Assembly (NCBI RefSeq): GCF_038025025.1
Contig: NW_027117348.1
Coordinates: 744,001 to 808,000 of the forward strand
Direction of reading: 5' to 3'
Source: Phyllosticta citribraziliensis
Taxonomy: Eukaryota
DNA length: 64,000 bases
In this document: positions 59,966 through 64,000 of the stretch, in pieces
Layout: every line of letters starts with the position of its first letter
Position numbering within the stretch: position 1 is the stretch's first letter
Made by a program: the position numbers and the translations under genes
Notes under the pieces: model-generated
What the model was told of the DNA's origin: nothing
What the model saw: the letters and a program-made list of their open reading frames with translations, nothing else
The model's database searches: none

Positions 59966-62044
59966 TTTGGAGGTTGGGGTGGACCGGGAGGATGGAAGTG
60001 TAAGGTCACGTAGGTGAAGGCGTACGTCGAACGTCACCAGCTTGAAGAGGACACACCTAACGCTTCTCAGCCGCGCGTACCATGGGTGGATCGGATGGCC
60101 GGGCACACGCGAGTCAGAGGTGACGCGCTACCACGGTAAGGCTGATCTAAATTAGTCATTGCCAGACCCCAGAGAACTGGAATTCAAGGGATAGGAACAC
60201 GCTTGACCTGATTACACACATTGTGAACAAAGGGTTCCATATTCAGGAAGAGAAAATACAGATGAAATCCAAGTCTACGTAAAATTCCGCATGCGCAACG
60301 ACCTTTGTAACGTGGAAGTCTCGTTCAACTCCATACAGCGCGGCGACGAGCGGCCACCTCTTCCCAGCACCACGCCTCCATTCGTCCACCGTCCAAAGGC
60401 AAAAACTTGAGTCGAATGCTAGCTATCGCATCCACCCCTGCGCGATGACTTTTAGCTACTTAAACTTTAAAGAGACTTCATCTCAAGGGATGTTGTGATC
60501 ATCATCGAGCAATGAGGTGTTGCCGGACAAGTTTCTAAAACGAATAAGGGTTTAAATGTTGTCTATGGAGCATGCTGGAACTCGTAGAAGATGTGGGTGA
60601 GTCTCTTCATGTACGATGCTTCGATGTAGGTCTTCAAAAGCTATGCTATGATCGTGGTGCGTTGAAGATGGACGAGTGATTAATGAGGACCCTTCTACGC
60701 CAATTGTTACAATCCATTTCCAATAATACTACTAAAGAATGTGATACCGCAAACAACACTTCCTTTTCAGACGGAATTTCTTGCGGTCTCAAGGCATGGT
60801 GGAGGGCGTGGCTTCCGACAGCCTTCCGTGAGCTCAGGGCTAGCGCTGTCAGAAAGCCGGCCTTCTCGAAAGGAACCTTCCCGTGCATGTCAAGACTTGA
60901 ATGTCCTTCTCAATGACCACGCGCAAGTTTTGACGCAGTAGAAACATCTTGACAGAAAATCCCCATGAGCAGCAGGGCGACGGCTCGCAAACAACGATCC
61001 TATGTCTCGAGACTGCGCTCTATGTCATTTCTTGACATTAGGCCATGGCACTCGCGTACAGAAGCCATGCCCAATCACATTTGGAACAGCATGCGACGAG
61101 ATCATCAATGGTGAAACATGGGCCGACATTGTCGTGTCAGCCAGCCAATCTCTGCCCCTATTACAACACGTCCTGAACCCGGGTTTTCATGGTAGCAGGG
61201 AGCGGCTCCAGGGAAAAGCTTGCGACCTTCACACTCACGACAATGGCGCGGCTCTTTTTTGGGAGTTTCCACTTTCATTTTCAGGAAACGAAACAAACAA
61301 GTCGATGCATTTCAATCTCACGGAATCATACTAGGACAGACGTGTCAAGGAAAGGGAAAAAAGAGGACCATTGAGAGAAAAGAAACCCAAAAGGTGCATG
61401 GTTGCCTACATTCGAATGCGCCCAGGGAAGAAAAGAAAAGAATCCTCTGATCAGCTCTAGAACAACAACAAGAGGCTCGTTACTCCGTGTCGATAAGCGA
61501 AAGACATTATACCTTGCCCGTTCCCCCGACCCAGCTAAAACAAATGTCGCCAAACAAAGCAGTCCTAGGAAAACACTTCAAAGGTTGAAATACGAAATGA
61601 GAAAAACAAGACTAGACCAAACGAACAGCACCCGAGGAGAAGAGAAAAGTTTGCAATCTTCAGAGCCGATAGGCGGATCAGGATGGGTATAGTTTGAAAA
61701 AAGGGACCCTGCGATGATCCTTGAGAAAACGAGAAAGAAGCCGCTCCCGGCATCCTCTGCCAAACAGCACGAGGCATTGAAGGAACAAGACTCTATGACG
61801 GCAACTCTGGGGGAACAAGGAGAAGAAAAGACCTTGTCTAAAAGGACTTTGGGAGACGGCCAAGTCTGAACAAAAGTGCAAATGCTTGATGCCTTTGTAG
61901 AAAAACAAGAGAGCAGGCGGCTTTCGACACTCCCTCTATCGCTAAGCTCGCGGTAGCTCCAAAGCTTGTGCATGGACCAGCCTTCGTAAGGAATGCGATG
62001 CGTAGGGGAGAACCCCGCACACTAACGTCACATCTTGAGCAGCC

Positions 62045-63644
62045 TCAAGCAGACACGCCAGCTTGCGCCCCACCAAGCGACCGGCCTCCGTGAGGCTGTT
62101 GCTGTTGCGCAACCACTTCGCGCGCGTAGAATTCGACAAGCATGGTCCCGTACGCTTCCATTTCCTCGAGCGGTACTGCAAGGCGAAAGTCATTGAGAAG
62201 GAGGAATTGCAGTTCGAGGTGGTTGAGCTCGACCAAGGGCAGTCCACCGACCTGGACATGTGTCAGCTAATTTGCAACGCATTGCGCTCACCACGGGAAT
62301 TCTTACCTTTGCGTATCGAGAGTTGGTGTAGAAGATGTCTGAGAAGAATTTGCTTGCGCAAGTGACGCCTGCAATCACCAAACGATGAATGTTGAAGCTG
62401 TCAACGACAAAGAACTGAGACAGGCTGTACGGATCACATTCCAGAGGAGGGTCCATGTGCTGTGGAGGCGAGGGGGGTTGGTCCTCCTTCAAAGCAGTGT
62501 CGCCAGGCTTAGGCGGCTTGCCCAGAGATCCTGATGGAGGTGGTGTTGCGGCTTGGACCTGATCCGGCCGACTAGGCGACGAGGTGCCGAGATTCGCGCC
62601 GGACATGGAAACAGAGCTTTTCCGACTGGCATCACTGGAGCCGCCAGAGCGCTCGAGTGATTGCTGGTTGGTCTGACGCATGCTCTGAATGAGGCCAGAG
62701 TTGACGCGCTCGGTCATGCGGTCAAAGTAGACGAGCAAGCTAAGAAAGACTTCGTAGGTGGTGGGACAATACTTGTGGATGCGGGTGAGGTAGCTGAGGA
62801 TGGAGATTGTGGGAACATTCTTTCCGTGGAAGGCGAGGACGCTAGTCGTCTGCTGGCTGAGGCCCGATGTGCCCTCGGGCGGGGGAATCTGGCGATGCAG
62901 GTGCTCATGCTGCCTGTCGTTGGTGGTGGTGATTTTGGTCAACAAGCCTGCCACCATCTCTATTATGTCGGAGACGGGCATTTCGCTGATCTCGTATTGC
63001 GGGCCGATGTCATTGGGATTCTGACGGGCGCGCCTGGCCGCACGTGTTTGCGAAAACGGACTCGACTCATCATTGGCAAAACTCTGAATGTGGGAGAGGC
63101 TCTTGACTTTTATTCGGTGGGGAGGTGGCAGCGCGGGCCCGGCAATGGACTGGAGGGATTGAGGCGAGGCCTGGACAGAGGAGGAGCTGGAATTGGAGAC
63201 GGCGGACTTTGCGATGGAGGAGGAGCTGCTGGGACCAGGTTGGATGGGAGTCTTTTCAGAGGATTGAGGTTTGAAGCGCGGACTGGGCGGAGGTTGCGGA
63301 GGCGCCTGGGCAGCGCCCGAGCCTTGGGGCGTCAGTCCAGGGCGAGCGGCCGAGGCGCGGTGCTGGTGTTGCAAGAGATGGTCGGATGCAGTAGATGGTG
63401 CAGGAGCGTGTGGAACGACGTCGGCCATGGGCGTGTCGAAGGGCTGAGAGGCGCGGGGCAAGTCGGATGAGGTGTTTTGGTCGGCGTGGAGAGGGTGTTG
63501 TTGCTGGGTTGGTCTGGCAGAGGACGATCTCTGGTGGGCAGCGGATTGAGGAGAGTCGTGTTGCTGGTGCGGGTTTGCACCGAACATGTTATTGAAGGGC
63601 TGAGGGAAGTGGTTGACCACGTCGCTGATCACGATGGATCCCAT
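62045..63644 (-). CDS. Pho85-type cyclin (Pcl6/Pcl7/Pho80-like); 5' end uncertain
   Basis: Motifs FHGKNVPTISILSYLTRI, NIHRLVIAGVTCASKFFSDIFYTNSRYAKVGG and ELNHLELQFL. Intron 62252..62306. Further 5' introns are possible near 63716..63917. Confidence 0.9.
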
Positions 63645-64000
63645 ACCAGCGCGCTCGGGTCGTTGTGGTCTGTGGCTGTGGCGCAAGAAAAGACGAGAGG
63701 GACTCGGCCTTGGGACCTGACGGCGAACAAAGTGTCAACAGCGACAATCGAGAACGCTCGGTGGGGATGATGGAGGGTGGTGTGGGAGGAGAGGAGCGGT
63801 CAGCGGTCTGGACGACGCAGGGGGGGTCGAGTGGATTGCGCGAGCGAGCGAGCGAGCGAGCGAGCGAGGCGAGTGGAGACAACGGAAAGGTCAAAGCGAC
63901 AGACGGGGCACGCTCACCTCTTGCAAAACCAAGAATGGCGACCGGACACCACTACAGGACGACCTGGAGGCGACGGGCGGCGGATGAGGTGGACGAGGCA

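Noticed and set aside
60000..62040. Lower-GC 2-kb region considered as a transposon relic or pseudogene
   Set aside because: No terminal repeats, transposase or RT motifs, or recognisable protein fragments. It is consistent with the STE24 promoter and cyclin 3' UTR.

Overview
This is eukaryotic DNA from a filamentous ascomycete, with short GT-AG introns, CTAAC/CTGAC branch sites and high GC3. A Dothideomycete origin is my inference. I support about 25 protein-coding genes and found no rRNA, tRNA, CRISPR or recognisable transposon. The left part (1-20 kb) mixes core genes (VPS18/PEP3, DUS2, a C2-domain protein) with accessory-type genes (PTH11-like receptor, GMC oxidoreductase, MetX-like hydrolase, HOL1-like MFS transporter). 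The centre (21.4-35.6 kb) is a gene-sparse, microsatellite-rich block with three functionally coherent genes: a processive GT2 glycosyltransferase, a stand-alone acyltransferase-3 (AT3) protein, and a fusion of signal peptide, GH16-like domain, TM helix, Ser/Pro linker and AT3. The GH16 catalytic glutamates appear lost, and the two AT3 domains appear to have lost complementary conserved residues. This is the best candidate for an undescribed system, a putative acylated surface or exo-polysaccharide locus. The right part (39.9-64 kb) is a compact housekeeping block: IDH1, BUD23, SVP26, M20 peptidase, RRP17, tropomyosin, a SWIB/DEK protein, RCY1, mitochondrial bL34, an Rpa14/Ker1-like protein, STE24 and a Pho85 cyclin. 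It also holds a hypothetical protein with Cut2-like securin motifs and an upstream forkhead site. All family calls come from motif recognition by eye, not database searches.
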